A DNA stretch of 64,000 nucleotides. It comes from an uncultured Methyloversatilis sp. Its GTDB lineage: Bacteria > Pseudomonadota > Gammaproteobacteria > Burkholderiales > Rhodocyclaceae. Positions within the stretch are counted from its first letter, which is position 1; each line of letters starts with the position of its first letter. The notes under the pieces are model-generated. The model did no database searches. It worked only from the letters and a program-made list of their open reading frames with translations, and was not told the origin of the DNA. The position numbers and the translations under genes are program-made. Of the stretch, positions 20,087 through 29,877 are shown one piece after another. The DNA is taken from NCBI GenBank assembly GCA_964477575.1, contig CAYZEA010000014.1, forward strand, positions 12,520 to 76,519. Direction: 5' to 3'.

Positions 20087-20998
20087 TCAGGCTGACTTGA
20101 GCGCCGGCGCAAACAACCTGCCCCGCGCATGTTCGCTGACCGCCCGCGCGGCAGGATGATTCAGCCGCCGCTCGGCGGAAATCAGGAAAAAGCGTTCGCG
20201 TATCTCGTCCGTTTCGCCCAGGATGACGACCTTGTAGTGCGCTGTCACGTCCGGCACGCTGGCGGTCGGTGCGGGAAACACGCCGGCGCCGGCCTCGCCG
20301 AAGGCTTTCATCAAGGCGCTGTCGTCAAATTCGCCCACGATATGCACCCGTTTGCCTTGACGTTCTAACCAACGCGGCAACGAAGCATGGAGCGCGCTGT
20401 CGCGGCCGGATAGCAGCAACGGTGCGCCGTCCAGACAATCCGGGAAACTACCTGTCAGCCGCTCAGCCAGCGCGGGCGCAGCCAAGAAAGTAACCCCCGT
20501 TTCGCCCAGTGGGTGGCTATAGCCCTTGATTTCGGTACCCGGCGGCATGGGGCGGTCGGCCAGCACCATGTCGAGTCGGTGGATGGAGAGATCAGCCAGC
20601 AGGCGATCAAGGCGGTCTTCCTGACAGATCAGGCGCACCGCCTCGGGCAGCGCCAGCACTGGCGCGAGCAGGCGATGGGCGATGAACTTAGGCACCACAT
20701 CGGCGATACCGACGCGAAAGGTGATGAAGCGCTCCTCGGCGCCGTTCTTCAGCAAGTCCTCCAGTTCGGTTCCGGTCTGAAAGATTTCCTCGGCGTAGGA
20801 CAGCGCCAGCTTGCCCGCTTCAGTCAATTCGAGCCGTCGCCCGACGCGCTGAAACAGCGCGACGCCCATGCGTTCTTCGAATTGCGAAATTTGTCCGGAG
20901 AGCGTCTGGGGCGTCAGATGCAGGCGCTCCGCCGCGCGGATGACGCCGCCCGCCCGCGCGATGCTGACAAAGTAATGCAGATGTTTGTAGTTGAGCAT
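20087..20998 (-). CDS. nhaR: LysR-family Na+-responsive activator
   Basis: MLNYKHLHYF..LHLTPQTLSGQI, RVGIADVVPK, GEFDDSALMKAFG. Confidence 0.88.
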   Translation of the reverse strand: MLNYKHLHYFVSIARAGGVIRAAERLHLTPQTLSGQISQFEERMGVALFQRVGRRLELTEAGKLALSYAEEIFQTGTELEDLLKNGAEERFITFRVGIADVVPKFIAHRLLAPVLALPEAVRLICQEDRLDRLLADLSIHRLDMVLADRPMPPGTEIKGYSHPLGETGVTFLAAPALAERLTGSFPDCLDGAPLLLSGRDSALHASLPRWLERQGKRVHIVGEFDDSALMKAFGEAGAGVFPAPTASVPDVTAHYKVVILGETDEIRERFFLISAERRLNHPAARAVSEHARGRLFAPALKSA

Positions 20999-21115
20999 GG
21001 CGGCAACTAATTGTTCGTGTTTTTCGATCATAACTCATCTTTATATCTGTTTGTATCGAATCTTTTGCGCACCCATAATCCGGGTGTCGTCTTCCACTTC
21101 AACCAGAGGAATGCC

Positions 21116-21472
21116 ATGAACCTTCAGATACAAGCTCAAGATTTCACCCTGACCGATGGACTGCGCCAGCATGTGGCTACCCGTCTCGATTACGCACTGA
21201 ATCATGGTCGTGACATCGTCACGCGCATCGTCGTGCGCTTGTCCGATATCAATGGCCCTCGCGGCGGTTTGGACAAGTGTTGCGGTATTGAGGTACGACT
21301 CAAGGGCGCGCCTGCCCTGGTCGTCGAGGATACTCAGTCCGATCTTTACGTCGCCATCGACCGCGCGTCCGAACGCATTGGCCGTACGCTTGACCGCCGT
21401 CTGGCGCGACAGCGTGACTTTCCCGCCGTGTCGATGGCCCGGCAGCCCATGGTTACGGAGGAAACGCCATGA
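21116..21472 (+). CDS. HPF/RaiA-family ribosome-associated protein
   Basis: [26 protein letters not shown]; AGAGGA RBS. Confidence 0.82.
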   Translation: MNLQIQAQDFTLTDGLRQHVATRLDYALNHGRDIVTRIVVRLSDINGPRGGLDKCCGIEVRLKGAPALVVEDTQSDLYVAIDRASERIGRTLDRRLARQRDFPAVSMARQPMVTEETP

Positions 21473-21978
21473 AGCGCCGTGTCGAAACAGCGCCCTTGAT
21501 TGGCGTCGTCATGGGTTCCGATTCGGATTGGCCAACCCTGCAGGCGGCGGCGCGCATGCTGGAGTACTTCGGCGTGCCTTACGAGGCGCGCGTGGTTTCC
21601 GCGCACCGCACGCCGGACCTGATGTTCGAATACGCAGCGGCAGCGCAGGAGCGCGGACTGCGCGCCATCATTGCGGGCGCGGGCGGAGCGGCGCACCTGC
21701 CGGGCATGCTGGCCGCCAAGACCATCGTTCCGGTGCTCGGCGTGCCGGTGCAATCGAAGGCACTGGCGGGCAAGGATTCGCTACTGTCCATCGTACAGAT
21801 GCCGAAGGGCATTCCTGTCGCCACCTTCGCCATCGGCGAGGCCGGGGCGGCCAACGCGGGACTGTTCGCCGTCGCGCTGCTGGCAGCGACCGACCAAAAA
21901 CTGGAGAAAAAGCTGGTCGAATTCCGCGAAGCGCAGACGGCGAAGGTACTGGCAATGAAACTGGCATTGCCGAAATGA
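21469..21978 (+). CDS. purE: N5-CAIR mutase
   Basis: [36 protein letters not shown]. Confidence 0.95.
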   Translation: MKRRVETAPLIGVVMGSDSDWPTLQAAARMLEYFGVPYEARVVSAHRTPDLMFEYAAAAQERGLRAIIAGAGGAAHLPGMLAAKTIVPVLGVPVQSKALAGKDSLLSIVQMPKGIPVATFAIGEAGAANAGLFAVALLAATDQKLEKKLVEFREAQTAKVLAMKLALPK

Positions 21979-23135
21979 TCCTGCCGCCCGCCACTCTCGG
22001 CCTGCTTGGCGGCGGTCAGTTGGGTCGCTTCTTTGTCGTGGCGGCGCATGAGTTGGGTTATCGGGTCATCGTGCTTGACCCTGACCCTGACAGTCCGGCC
22101 GGCCGCATTGCCGACGAACATCTCGCCGCCGTCTACGACGATCCCGCCGCCCTCGGCTACCTGGCCGAGTCCTGTGCCGCCGTGACCACGGAATTCGAGA
22201 ACGTGCCGGCCAAGGTCTTGCATTTCCTTGCCATGTCCGGGCGCGTGCGACCCGGCGCTGAAGCCGTGGCTATCTGCCAGAACCGCAGCGTTGAAAAGGA
22301 ATTCCTGAAGCGCAACGGTTTTCCTCATGCGCCCTACGCCGACATCCGCAACGAGGAGGATGCGCAGAAAGCCGATGCCGGCCTGTTCCCCGGCATTCTC
22401 AAGGTCGCGTGTTTCGGCTATGACGGCAAGGGCCAGGCCCGCGTCAAGAATAGGGAGGAAGCTCGGGCAGCCTTCCGTCAATTCAGCTTCGAGCCCTGCG
22501 TGTTGGAAAAAATGCTGCCCCTGGATCATGAGGTTTCGGTGGTGCTGGCGCGCGATGAGACGGGCGAGGTCAAATGTTTTCCGGCAGTCGAGAATCATCA
22601 CCTGCACGGGGTTCTCGATATTTCTTCGGTACCGCCGGCGCGCGCGTGCCTCTCCGAGAGCGCCGAGAACATGGCCGCGGAGATTGCCCGCAAGATCGAC
22701 TACGTCGGCGTCATGGCCGTTGAATACTTTGTTGTCCGTGGCCAGCTTTACGTCAACGAGATGGCGCCGCGACCCCACAACTCGGGGCATTACACACTCG
22801 ACGCATGCGTCACCGATCAGTTCGAGCAGCAGGTGCGCGTGCTCTGCGGCCTGCCGCTCGGCGATACCCGACTGCATTCGGCAGCAACGATGGTCAATCT
22901 GCTGGGTGATCTCTGGTATCTGGACGCCCCAAGCCATGCCCGCGTGCCGGAGTGGCAAAAGTTGCTGGCCGTGCCCAATCTCAAGCTGCATCTTTACGGC
23001 AAGCGGCATGCCAAACCTGGGCGGAAGATGGGGCATTTCACGGTGGTCGGCGAGGATGCAGGCGACGTACAAAAGTCGGCGCTGGCGGGACGGCGCGCCA
23101 TCGGTATTCAGGGCCCGGTTAAGGAGATGACATGA
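21975..23135 (+). CDS. purK: N5-CAIR synthase
   Basis: [43 protein letters not shown]; ATGA overlap with purE. Confidence 0.95.
   Translation: MILPPATLGLLGGGQLGRFFVVAAHELGYRVIVLDPDPDSPAGRIADEHLAAVYDDPAALGYLAESCAAVTTEFENVPAKVLHFLAMSGRVRPGAEAVAICQNRSVEKEFLKRNGFPHAPYADIRNEEDAQKADAGLFPGILKVACFGYDGKGQARVKNREEARAAFRQFSFEPCVLEKMLPLDHEVSVVLARDETGEVKCFPAVENHHLHGVLDISSVPPARACLSESAENMAAEIARKIDYVGVMAVEYFVVRGQLYVNEMAPRPHNSGHYTLDACVTDQFEQQVRVLCGLPLGDTRLHSAATMVNLLGDLWYLDAPSHARVPEWQKLLAVPNLKLHLYGKRHAKPGRKMGHFTVVGEDAGDVQKSALAGRRAIGIQGPVKEMT
23071..23094 (-). repeat. 24-bp motif, copy 4 (purK, KSALAGR)
   Basis: Reverse complement GCCGTCCCGCCAGCGCCGACTTTT. Confidence 0.95.
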
Positions 23136-23719
23136 GCAAGCCTGCTTTGGCCGCGCTGCTCGCACAGTTCGCTCCCCGCTTCCTGCAAGTCCGTCGCGGC
23201 ACCTGGATTGCCATCGGCCTTGGCCTATTGACACTGTTCGTCCTGCTGATCTGGGCCGCAGTCTCGCTGTTCGGGTGGCTGTGGGGCCAAGGCAAATCGC
23301 TCACCGAGGGCGCACCGGAGGCAGTGCGCAGCATCACATCGCAGGTAGAACAGGCCGTTCCCGGCGCACGCGAGACGCTGGGCGAGTTACTGCCAGCGCT
23401 CAAGTCCGAGCCGCTTCCGCGCGACGTGTCGGGCACCGACGTCGGGCCGGTGGCCCGCTATCCCGGCCTGGCGCGCTCGCACTGGCACCGCGACGGCCGC
23501 GAGATCACGGTGCGCTACGAGGGACGCGCTGACTACGTCGCTGTCCTCAACCACTACGCCCAAGCTTTCGCCGCGCAGGGCTATGCGCAGAATGTCCTGT
23601 CTGCTACACCCGATGGCGAGGAGCATGACTACCGCAAGGGCGACGAACGGGTTCGCTTCAGGATCGCGCAATTACCGCAAGGCAAGGTCAAGGCGACGAT
23701 CATTGCCGTCCTGCCATAA
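23132..23719 (+). CDS. Hypothetical membrane-anchored protein
   Basis: 195 aa, N-terminal TM, ATGA coupling to purK. Confidence 0.7.
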   Translation: MSKPALAALLAQFAPRFLQVRRGTWIAIGLGLLTLFVLLIWAAVSLFGWLWGQGKSLTEGAPEAVRSITSQVEQAVPGARETLGELLPALKSEPLPRDVSGTDVGPVARYPGLARSHWHRDGREITVRYEGRADYVAVLNHYAQAFAAQGYAQNVLSATPDGEEHDYRKGDERVRFRIAQLPQGKVKATIIAVLP

Positions 23720-23728
23720 CCGACTTTT
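23705..23728 (+). repeat. 24-bp motif, copy 5 (spans a stop codon)
   Basis: GCCGTCCTGCCATAACCGACTTTT. Confidence 0.88.
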
Positions 23729-23741
23729 CAGGAAGAGACAC

Positions 23742-24692
23742 ATGACTCCGCAGGAACAAAAAGCCATACTGGCCATTGCCATCCATGCCGCTTTCGCCGA
23801 TGGTGCGAAGGACGAACGCGAGCGTGAGGAAGTGCGCCGCGTCGCCGAGAACCTCGCCGAAGAGCGTAACGCCCCCGACCTGGCGCGTCTGTATCAGGAC
23901 GTGCTGCTCAAACGTCTGCCGTTGGCCACTCTCGCAGCGATGCTGACCGATACCGGCCAGCGCCAGTTGGTTTACGAAATGGCTCTGTGTGTTTGTGAGG
24001 CCGACGGGCGACTGGCGGATGCCGAACGCCGTTTCCTTAATGAACTGAAACGCCTGCTTGCCATGCCGGCGACGGAGACCGATCTGATCGAGGGCGAAAT
24101 CGGGGTGCTGGTCGACCAAACCGAATTCGTCCCGCCGCAGCCAGCAACCACCACCGCGATTCCCCTCACGGCAACCGTTTCGACTGCCGAGCAGGACAAG
24201 TCCATTCTCAATTACGCGCTGCTGGCCGGTGCGCTGGAACTGTTGCCCCAGTCGTGGGCCTCAATGGCGATCATTCCGCTGCAGATCAAAATGGTCTACA
24301 GCATCGGCAAAGACCATGGTGTTGCCCTCGACCAGGGCCACATCAAGGAATTCATTGCCGCCGCCGGGGTCGGGCTGACTTCACAGTATCTGGAACAATT
24401 TGGCCGCAAGTTGTTGGGTGGGCTGCTCGGCAAGGCGGCGGGCAAGACTTTCGGCAAAGTGGGTAGCGCGGCGACCAGCATGGCCTTCTCCTTCGCATCC
24501 ACCTATGCGCTCGGTCAGGTTGCCCGGCGCTACTACGCTGGCGGACGGACGATGAGCACCGCCTTGCTGCGCGAGACTTTCCAGGACCTGATCGGTCCCG
24601 CCAAGCAGTTGCAGACGCAGTACCTGCCGCAAATTCAACAAAAGGCCGCGACGCTCGACGCCGGCCAGGTCATGGCGCTGATGCGCGCCTGA
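23742..24692 (+). CDS. TerB-like N-terminal domain plus DUF697/YcjF-like C-terminal domain protein
   Basis: AAFADG...ERE and CEADG..AE TerB-like motifs; PLQIKMVYSIG..STYALG. Confidence 0.65.
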   Translation: MTPQEQKAILAIAIHAAFADGAKDEREREEVRRVAENLAEERNAPDLARLYQDVLLKRLPLATLAAMLTDTGQRQLVYEMALCVCEADGRLADAERRFLNELKRLLAMPATETDLIEGEIGVLVDQTEFVPPQPATTTAIPLTATVSTAEQDKSILNYALLAGALELLPQSWASMAIIPLQIKMVYSIGKDHGVALDQGHIKEFIAAAGVGLTSQYLEQFGRKLLGGLLGKAAGKTFGKVGSAATSMAFSFASTYALGQVARRYYAGGRTMSTALLRETFQDLIGPAKQLQTQYLPQIQQKAATLDAGQVMALMRA

Positions 24693-24702
24693 GGACAATT
24701 TC

Positions 24703-25698
24703 ATGAACGATGCCGCTTCCACTGCTGTCGTCAGCTTCGCCACCGGCCCGATGTGGGCCGGCTTCATCGTCTTCGTGCTGGCCATGCTGGCGCTCGACCT
24801 GTTTGTTTTCGGCGGACGCAAGGCACACCGCGTCCATGTCAAGGAAGCGGCCGCCTGGGTCGCCGTCTGGGTCAGCCTTGCGCTCGCCTTCGCCGGCCTG
24901 CTCTGGTGGTATCTCAACGACACCCAGGGATCCGAGATTGCCCGGACCAAGACCCTCGAGTTCCTTGCTGGCTACCTGATCGAACAGTCATTGTCGGTGG
25001 ACAACATGTTTGTCTTCGTCATGATCTTCAGCTACTTCGCCGTGCCGCCGGAGTTGCAGCGCCGCGTACTGCTCTACGGCGTGCTTGGCGCCATCGTCAT
25101 GCGCGCCGGCATGATCCTTGCCGGCGTCTGGCTGGTCCAGCAGTTCGCCTGGGTACTCTACGTTTTCGGCGCCTTCCTCGTCGTCACCGGCATCAAGATG
25201 CTGATCTTCGCCGAGGCCGAGCCCGACCTGGAAAAGAATCCGCTGCTGCGCTGGTTGCGTGGGCACCTGCGTATCACCCCGGACTTTCATGGCGAGAAGT
25301 TTTTCGTCCGCCAAAACGGCATCCTCTGGGCCACGCCGATGTTCCTCGTCCTGGCGCTCATCGAGGCCAGCGACCTGGTGTTCGCGGTGGACAGCATCCC
25401 GGCCATCTTCGCCGTGACGACCGACCCGTTCATCGTGTTCACCTCGAACATTTTCGCCATCATGGGCCTGCGTGCGCTCTACTTCCTACTCGCCGACATG
25501 GCCGACCGCTTCCATTTGCTCAAGTACGGGCTCGCCATCGTACTGGTATTCATCGGCGGCAAGATGCTGGCCATGCCGTGGTTCCACATGCCGATCCAGT
25601 GGTCGCTGTCGATTGTTGGTTGCATCATACTGCTGTCTGTGATCCTGAGTCTGATCATGACCCGCAACACAAAGCTTGTTCAAGAGGAGGCATCATGA
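24703..25698 (+). CDS. TerC/Alx-family membrane protein
   Basis: GYLIEQSLSVDNMFVF, DLVFAVDSIPAIFA, SNIFAIMGLRALYF. Confidence 0.93.
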   Translation: MNDAASTAVVSFATGPMWAGFIVFVLAMLALDLFVFGGRKAHRVHVKEAAAWVAVWVSLALAFAGLLWWYLNDTQGSEIARTKTLEFLAGYLIEQSLSVDNMFVFVMIFSYFAVPPELQRRVLLYGVLGAIVMRAGMILAGVWLVQQFAWVLYVFGAFLVVTGIKMLIFAEAEPDLEKNPLLRWLRGHLRITPDFHGEKFFVRQNGILWATPMFLVLALIEASDLVFAVDSIPAIFAVTTDPFIVFTSNIFAIMGLRALYFLLADMADRFHLLKYGLAIVLVFIGGKMLAMPWFHMPIQWSLSIVGCIILLSVILSLIMTRNTKLVQEEAS

Positions 25699-26207
25699 AC
25701 CTGCAACGTCAAAGGCCAGCGCAGATTCCCATCGATACGATGCGGGATACGGATGGTCGCCTTGTTGGCTTGACCATTGACTGCGGTCTTGGAGTTACCT
25801 CCACAAGCAGCAACACCTGGCTGGTGGCTGTTGACGGTTCTGGGCACAGTCAGCACGCGGTCGCCGAGGCGATCCGGCTCGCCACCAAAATGAAGGACTG
25901 CACGCTGCATGTGGTGAATGTCCAGCACTGGATGAGCAAGGAAGCGGCAGAGTCAGACCTGATGAACCAAGGCCTCGCGGCAACGGATGACGCCTGGGCC
26001 TTGCTCGACAAGGCCGGAATACCCTGGTGTTTGCATATCGTGATGGGCGAGGCGGCGGACAGTATCGTGGCGCTCGCCGACACGCTTGGGTGCCATGGCG
26101 TCGTGATCGGCAGCCGCGGACTGGGTGCCGCCGAAAATCTTCTTATTGGTTCGGTAGCCTACAAGGTGATTCATTTGAGTCGTATCGCGGTACTTGTTGT
26201 TCGCTGA
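25695..26207 (+). CDS. Universal stress protein
   Basis: LVAVDGS..S, VIGSRGLG..LLIGSVAYKV. Confidence 0.88.
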   Translation: MNLQRQRPAQIPIDTMRDTDGRLVGLTIDCGLGVTSTSSNTWLVAVDGSGHSQHAVAEAIRLATKMKDCTLHVVNVQHWMSKEAAESDLMNQGLAATDDAWALLDKAGIPWCLHIVMGEAADSIVALADTLGCHGVVIGSRGLGAAENLLIGSVAYKVIHLSRIAVLVVR

Positions 26208-26256
26208 AGTCAGTGCCATTTATTTTTTACGTAGTCATTTTCGAAGGAGAGCAGAC

Positions 26257-26937
26257 ATGAATCCGATCCGATCCCAGGCAATTGCCTTCCCACACGGTGG
26301 CGCCGAATCGATACTGGCAACCAACAAGGTGATCCGCAACACCTACATGCTGCTGTCGATGACGTTGGTCTTTGCGGCGGTCGTCGCCGGGATTTCCGTT
26401 GCGCTCAAGCTGCCCCACCCGGGCATCATTCTGACCCTGGTTGGTTTCTTCGGACTGCTGTTCGGGATCACCAGAATGCGCAACAGCGCCATGGCCATTC
26501 CGCTCGTGTTCGTGCTGACCGGCTTCATGGGTTATACCCTCGGCCCGGTCATCAACCGCTACCTTGGCATGCCCAACGGCGGCGAGATCGTCATGCAGGC
26601 GATGGGCGCCACCGCCGCGATCTTCATCAGCCTTTCGGCCTACGCGCTGACCACGAAGAGGGATTTCAGCTTCATGGGTGGCTTCCTGATGGTCGGCATT
26701 CTGGTTGCCTTTGTCGCCAGCCTGGCGGCGATCTTCCTCGATATCCCTGCGCTGTCGCTCGCCATCTCCGCCGCCTTTGTGCTACTGATGTCCGGCGTGA
26801 TTCTCTATGAGACCAGCAACATCATCCACGGCGGCGAAACCAACTACGTGATGGCCACGGTATCGCTGTTCGTTTCGATCTTCAACCTCTTCACCAGCTT
26901 GCTGCACCTGCTGGGTTTCGCCAACAGCAGCGATTGA
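26257..26937 (+). CDS. Bax inhibitor-1/YccA family protein
   Basis: TNKVIRNTYMLLSMT, TGFMGYTLGP, GGETNYVMATVSL. Confidence 0.92.
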   Translation: MNPIRSQAIAFPHGGAESILATNKVIRNTYMLLSMTLVFAAVVAGISVALKLPHPGIILTLVGFFGLLFGITRMRNSAMAIPLVFVLTGFMGYTLGPVINRYLGMPNGGEIVMQAMGATAAIFISLSAYALTTKRDFSFMGGFLMVGILVAFVASLAAIFLDIPALSLAISAAFVLLMSGVILYETSNIIHGGETNYVMATVSLFVSIFNLFTSLLHLLGFANSSD

Positions 26938-27512
26938 TGAGGCTGTTCTCGCCGCTTTATCGCCGGGCCATGGTCTGGGCCCGGCACCGGCATGCCCCCT
27001 GGTACCTGGGCGGGATGAGCTTCGTGGAGTCCTCGTTCTTCCCGGTACCGCCGGACGTAATGCTGGCACCGATGTGCCTCGCGCAACCTCAACGTGCTTG
27101 GCGTCTGGCCCTGCTGACGACACTCACATCCGTGGCAGGCGGGCTCCTTGGATATGTAATCGGCTACTTTGCCATTGACATCCTGCTGCCCTGGCTGCAG
27201 GAAAGCCGGTACTGGCCTGCTTACCAGAAGGCGGTCGATTGGTTTGGAGAGTGGGGCTTCTGGGCCGTGTTCATCGCAGGATTTTCGCCGATTCCCTACA
27301 AAGTGTTCACCATTGCCGCCGGCGCCCTGTCGATGGCCCTGCTGCCATTTACGCTCGCATCGCTGGTCGGTCGCGGCGCCCGCTTCTTTCTCGTCGCCGG
27401 CCTTATGAAGTGGGGCGGTGCGCGCATGGAGGAAGCGCTGCATCGCTACGTTGATCGCTTAGGGTGGGCAACGGTTGCGTTTCTTGCGCTTGGCTTCCTC
27501 GCCTATCGCTAG
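26937..27512 (+). CDS. YqaA/DedA (VTT) family membrane protein
   Basis: SFVESSFFPVPPD, AGFSPIPYKVFTI, GRGARF. Confidence 0.9.
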   Translation: MRLFSPLYRRAMVWARHRHAPWYLGGMSFVESSFFPVPPDVMLAPMCLAQPQRAWRLALLTTLTSVAGGLLGYVIGYFAIDILLPWLQESRYWPAYQKAVDWFGEWGFWAVFIAGFSPIPYKVFTIAAGALSMALLPFTLASLVGRGARFFLVAGLMKWGGARMEEALHRYVDRLGWATVAFLALGFLAYR

Positions 27513-27516
27513 TCAG

Positions 27517-28401
27517 ATGAATAATTCAACCATCGATACGTGTTCGAAACTGGATTTTCGTCAGCGCGCGCGCTGTTGGGTCGAAAATGGCCGCGTCCAG
27601 AACTTCATCATTGCCCTGATCCTGGTGAATGCGGTCTTGCTGGGGCTGGAAACATCGCCGGCCGCAATGGCCGCCGCCGGCCAGTTCATCGTCGGTCTTG
27701 ATCGAGCCATCCTGGTCGTGTTCGTCGCTGAAATCACGATTCGCCTTTTCGTGTATCGATCCGCTTTCTGGCGCGATCCATGGAGCGTCTTCGATTTTTT
27801 CGTCATCGCGATTGCACTGGTGCCGGCAAGCGGCCCGTTTGCGGTCCTGCGTGCTCTGCGCGTTCTTCGGGTACTGCGACTGCTGACCATGGTTCCTTCG
27901 ATGCGCCGGGTCGTCGGTGCATTGCTGGCAGCCATCCCCGGCCTCGGGTCGATAGCGCTGGTGTTGCTCATCATCTATTACGTCTTTGCCGTCATCGCGA
28001 CCAACCTCTTCGCGGCCAGCCATCCGGAATGGTTTGGCAGCATCGGTCGTTCCCTCTATACCCTGTTCCAGATCATGACCCTGGAAAGCTGGTCGATGGG
28101 CATTGCACGGCCGGTCATGGAACACTTCCCCCATGCCTGGATATTTTTTGTTCTGTTCATTCTGGTGGCGACCTTCACCATGCTCAACCTGTTCATCGCC
28201 ATCATCGTTAATGCCATGCAAAGTTACAGCGACGAGGAGCGTTCAGTAGCGACACAGGCTTCCGACCAGGCGCGGGCTCACATTGAGGCCGAGATGCACG
28301 CCGAATTCCGCGCGATGCGGGAGGAGATGCGCAAGCTGCGCGAGGAACTTGGCCATTTGCGTAATGATGACCGTGCGGCAGAAAAGGCCGTCAGCACGTG
28401 A
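27517..28401 (+). CDS. Bacterial voltage-gated Na+ channel (NaChBac/NavAb type)
   Basis: S4 LRALRVLRVLRL, selectivity filter TLESWSM, S6 LNLFIAIIVNAM, C-terminal coiled coil. Confidence 0.92.
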   Translation: MNNSTIDTCSKLDFRQRARCWVENGRVQNFIIALILVNAVLLGLETSPAAMAAAGQFIVGLDRAILVVFVAEITIRLFVYRSAFWRDPWSVFDFFVIAIALVPASGPFAVLRALRVLRVLRLLTMVPSMRRVVGALLAAIPGLGSIALVLLIIYYVFAVIATNLFAASHPEWFGSIGRSLYTLFQIMTLESWSMGIARPVMEHFPHAWIFFVLFILVATFTMLNLFIAIIVNAMQSYSDEERSVATQASDQARAHIEAEMHAEFRAMREEMRKLREELGHLRNDDRAAEKAVST

Positions 28402-29033
28402 CGGATGCCCTCCAGCGTACCCACGCGCCAGGAAAGCTCCCCCTCTCGGTTGTCCTGCGGATCCTTTCCAGCGACTTGAGTCGCGAACGGATCTCGGTCG
28501 GTGATTTGCTCTCAGCCTTGGGGGATCGGGCGCTCGGGGCCTTGATGTTCGTCTTTGCGATTCCGAACGTATTGCCGACGCCGCCAGGGACGTCCGCCGT
28601 ATTGGGAGCGCCCCTGATCTTCCTGGCGACGCAGGTCATGTTTGGCCGCAAGCCGTGGTTGCCTGCCATCATTACCCAGCGCTCGATGTCCCGGGAGGAC
28701 TTCCACGTGGTGATTCGTCGTATTGCCCCATGGCTCGAGCGCGCCGAAAAACTCCTCAAGCCGCAGGCGAGTGTTCTGGCGATGCCGCCGATGGAATACG
28801 TGGTGGGCCTGGTCTGCCTCGTACTGGCTCTGGTCCTGGTCCTCCCCATTCCCCTGGGCAACATGTTGCCGGCGCTGGCGATCAGCCTGATGGCGCTGGG
28901 CTTGCTGGAGCGGGATGGCGTTTGGATCAGCGCAGGCGTTATCATGGCGGCGGTTTCGATGGTCGTGGTGTCAGGGGTTGTGTTTGCCCTTGTCAAGGCA
29001 ACGATCTTCTTCTTTACGCAAGTTCTGCAATGA
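28398..29033 (+). CDS. ExoD-family membrane protein
   Basis: GDRALG..PN.LP.PPG.S..LG.P; LPIPLGN.LPA; ERDG. Confidence 0.88.
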   Translation: MTDALQRTHAPGKLPLSVVLRILSSDLSRERISVGDLLSALGDRALGALMFVFAIPNVLPTPPGTSAVLGAPLIFLATQVMFGRKPWLPAIITQRSMSREDFHVVIRRIAPWLERAEKLLKPQASVLAMPPMEYVVGLVCLVLALVLVLPIPLGNMLPALAISLMALGLLERDGVWISAGVIMAAVSMVVVSGVVFALVKATIFFFTQVLQ

Positions 29034-29073
29034 GCGTCAGCCTGCATATGCGGATGGTGCCAGGGAGTGAATA

Positions 29074-29388
29074 TTGATAGCCGATGCGTGTTCAGCATCC
29101 CCCGTTCTTGGGTTCGTCCGTTCCCGCTGGCAGGGTGACATCTCGCTACGCAGGCTGTTCTGGTGGGATACCCTGGCGGTCGCGACACTGATCAATGCGT
29201 GTGTCGCGATGTTCTCGATGATTTTGCTGACCAAGGGAATGGCCGATGGCGGCCTTTGGTTCCTGCTGCACCTGATTCTGCTGCCTTACAACCTTTTCCT
29301 GGTCATGGCGGTATGGCGCCATGAAAAATCCCAGGACATATTGCGTTGGGCCACGCTGGGGTGGCTGGGTTTGACCCTGATTGCCTGA
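29074..29388 (+). CDS. Small hypothetical membrane protein
   Basis: W.G...L.RLFWWD and LPYN..AVWR; three TMs; start uncertain. Confidence 0.6.
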   Translation: MIADACSASPVLGFVRSRWQGDISLRRLFWWDTLAVATLINACVAMFSMILLTKGMADGGLWFLLHLILLPYNLFLVMAVWRHEKSQDILRWATLGWLGLTLIA

Positions 29389-29397
29389 ATGATCGCG

Positions 29398-29665
29398 TTA
29401 TTCAGCAGCGGTGGCTAACATCACAGCAATCAGGCTACCCAATCCAATGCGGTACCAAGCGAAAACGCTCAAGGTGTGCGTGGCAATGAAGCGGATCAGC
29501 GCCTTGACGACCAGCAGGGCACTGATAAAAGCGGCGGAAAATCCCACGCTGATTGCGACGAGCTCATCGGCACTTAGCAAGTGCTGGTGTTTCCATGCAT
29601 CGTAGGTTGCCGCGCCCAGCATGGGCTGGCATCGCCAGAAAAAACTTCGAAAGTTCCACTGTCCA
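29398..29665 (-). pseudogene. uppP: 3' remnant of undecaprenyl-diphosphatase
   Basis: VELS/FFLAMP/MLGAATYD..GFSAAF..FAWYRIGLG with frameshifts; most of the gene missing. Confidence 0.8.
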
Positions 29666-29691
29666 ACCTTAGATTGCTAATAGCCATAAGA

Positions 29692-29715
29692 ATAAAGCCC
29701 CTCATGGGGCTTTAT
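29692..29715. terminator. Hairpin, possibly bidirectional terminator
   Basis: ATAAAGCCCC-TCAT-GGGGCTTTAT. Confidence 0.65.
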
Positions 29716-29748
29716 CGCTTCTTTACGCATGGGCAACTGCTAGGGCAG

Positions 29749-29788
29749 ACTGGCTGATTTTAAGTAGTTTCTATTAAAATCAGCCAGT
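29749..29788. repeat. 15-bp inverted repeat just beyond the tRNA 3' end
   Basis: ACTGGCTGATTTTAA...TTAAAATCAGCCAGT. Confidence 0.7.
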
Positions 29789-29801
29789 TACCTCAGTTTG
29801 C

Positions 29802-29877
29802 TGGCGTCCCCACGGGGATTCGAACCCCGGTTCACACCGTGAAAGGGTGTTGTCCTAGGCCTCTAGACGATAGGGAC
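29802..29877 (-). tRNA. tRNA-Glu (UUC)
   Basis: GTCCCTATCGTCTAGAGGCCTAGGAC..CTTTCAC..GGTTCGAATCC..GGGACGCCA; 76 nt with encoded CCA. Confidence 0.97.

Larger units (their letters stand above)
16961..29801. mobile_element. Putative tRNA-Glu-anchored accessory region without an integrase
   Basis: Lies at the tRNA 3' end; two truncated pseudogenes; scar-like spacers; left boundary uncertain. Confidence 0.45.

Noticed and set aside
21204-21974. Apparent N-terminal extension of PurK in the ORF track (similarly NasT, NapB, Usp, HscB and the kinase)
   Set aside because: Track uses the most upstream start; extensions overlap real upstream genes and better starts with RBS or ATGA coupling exist
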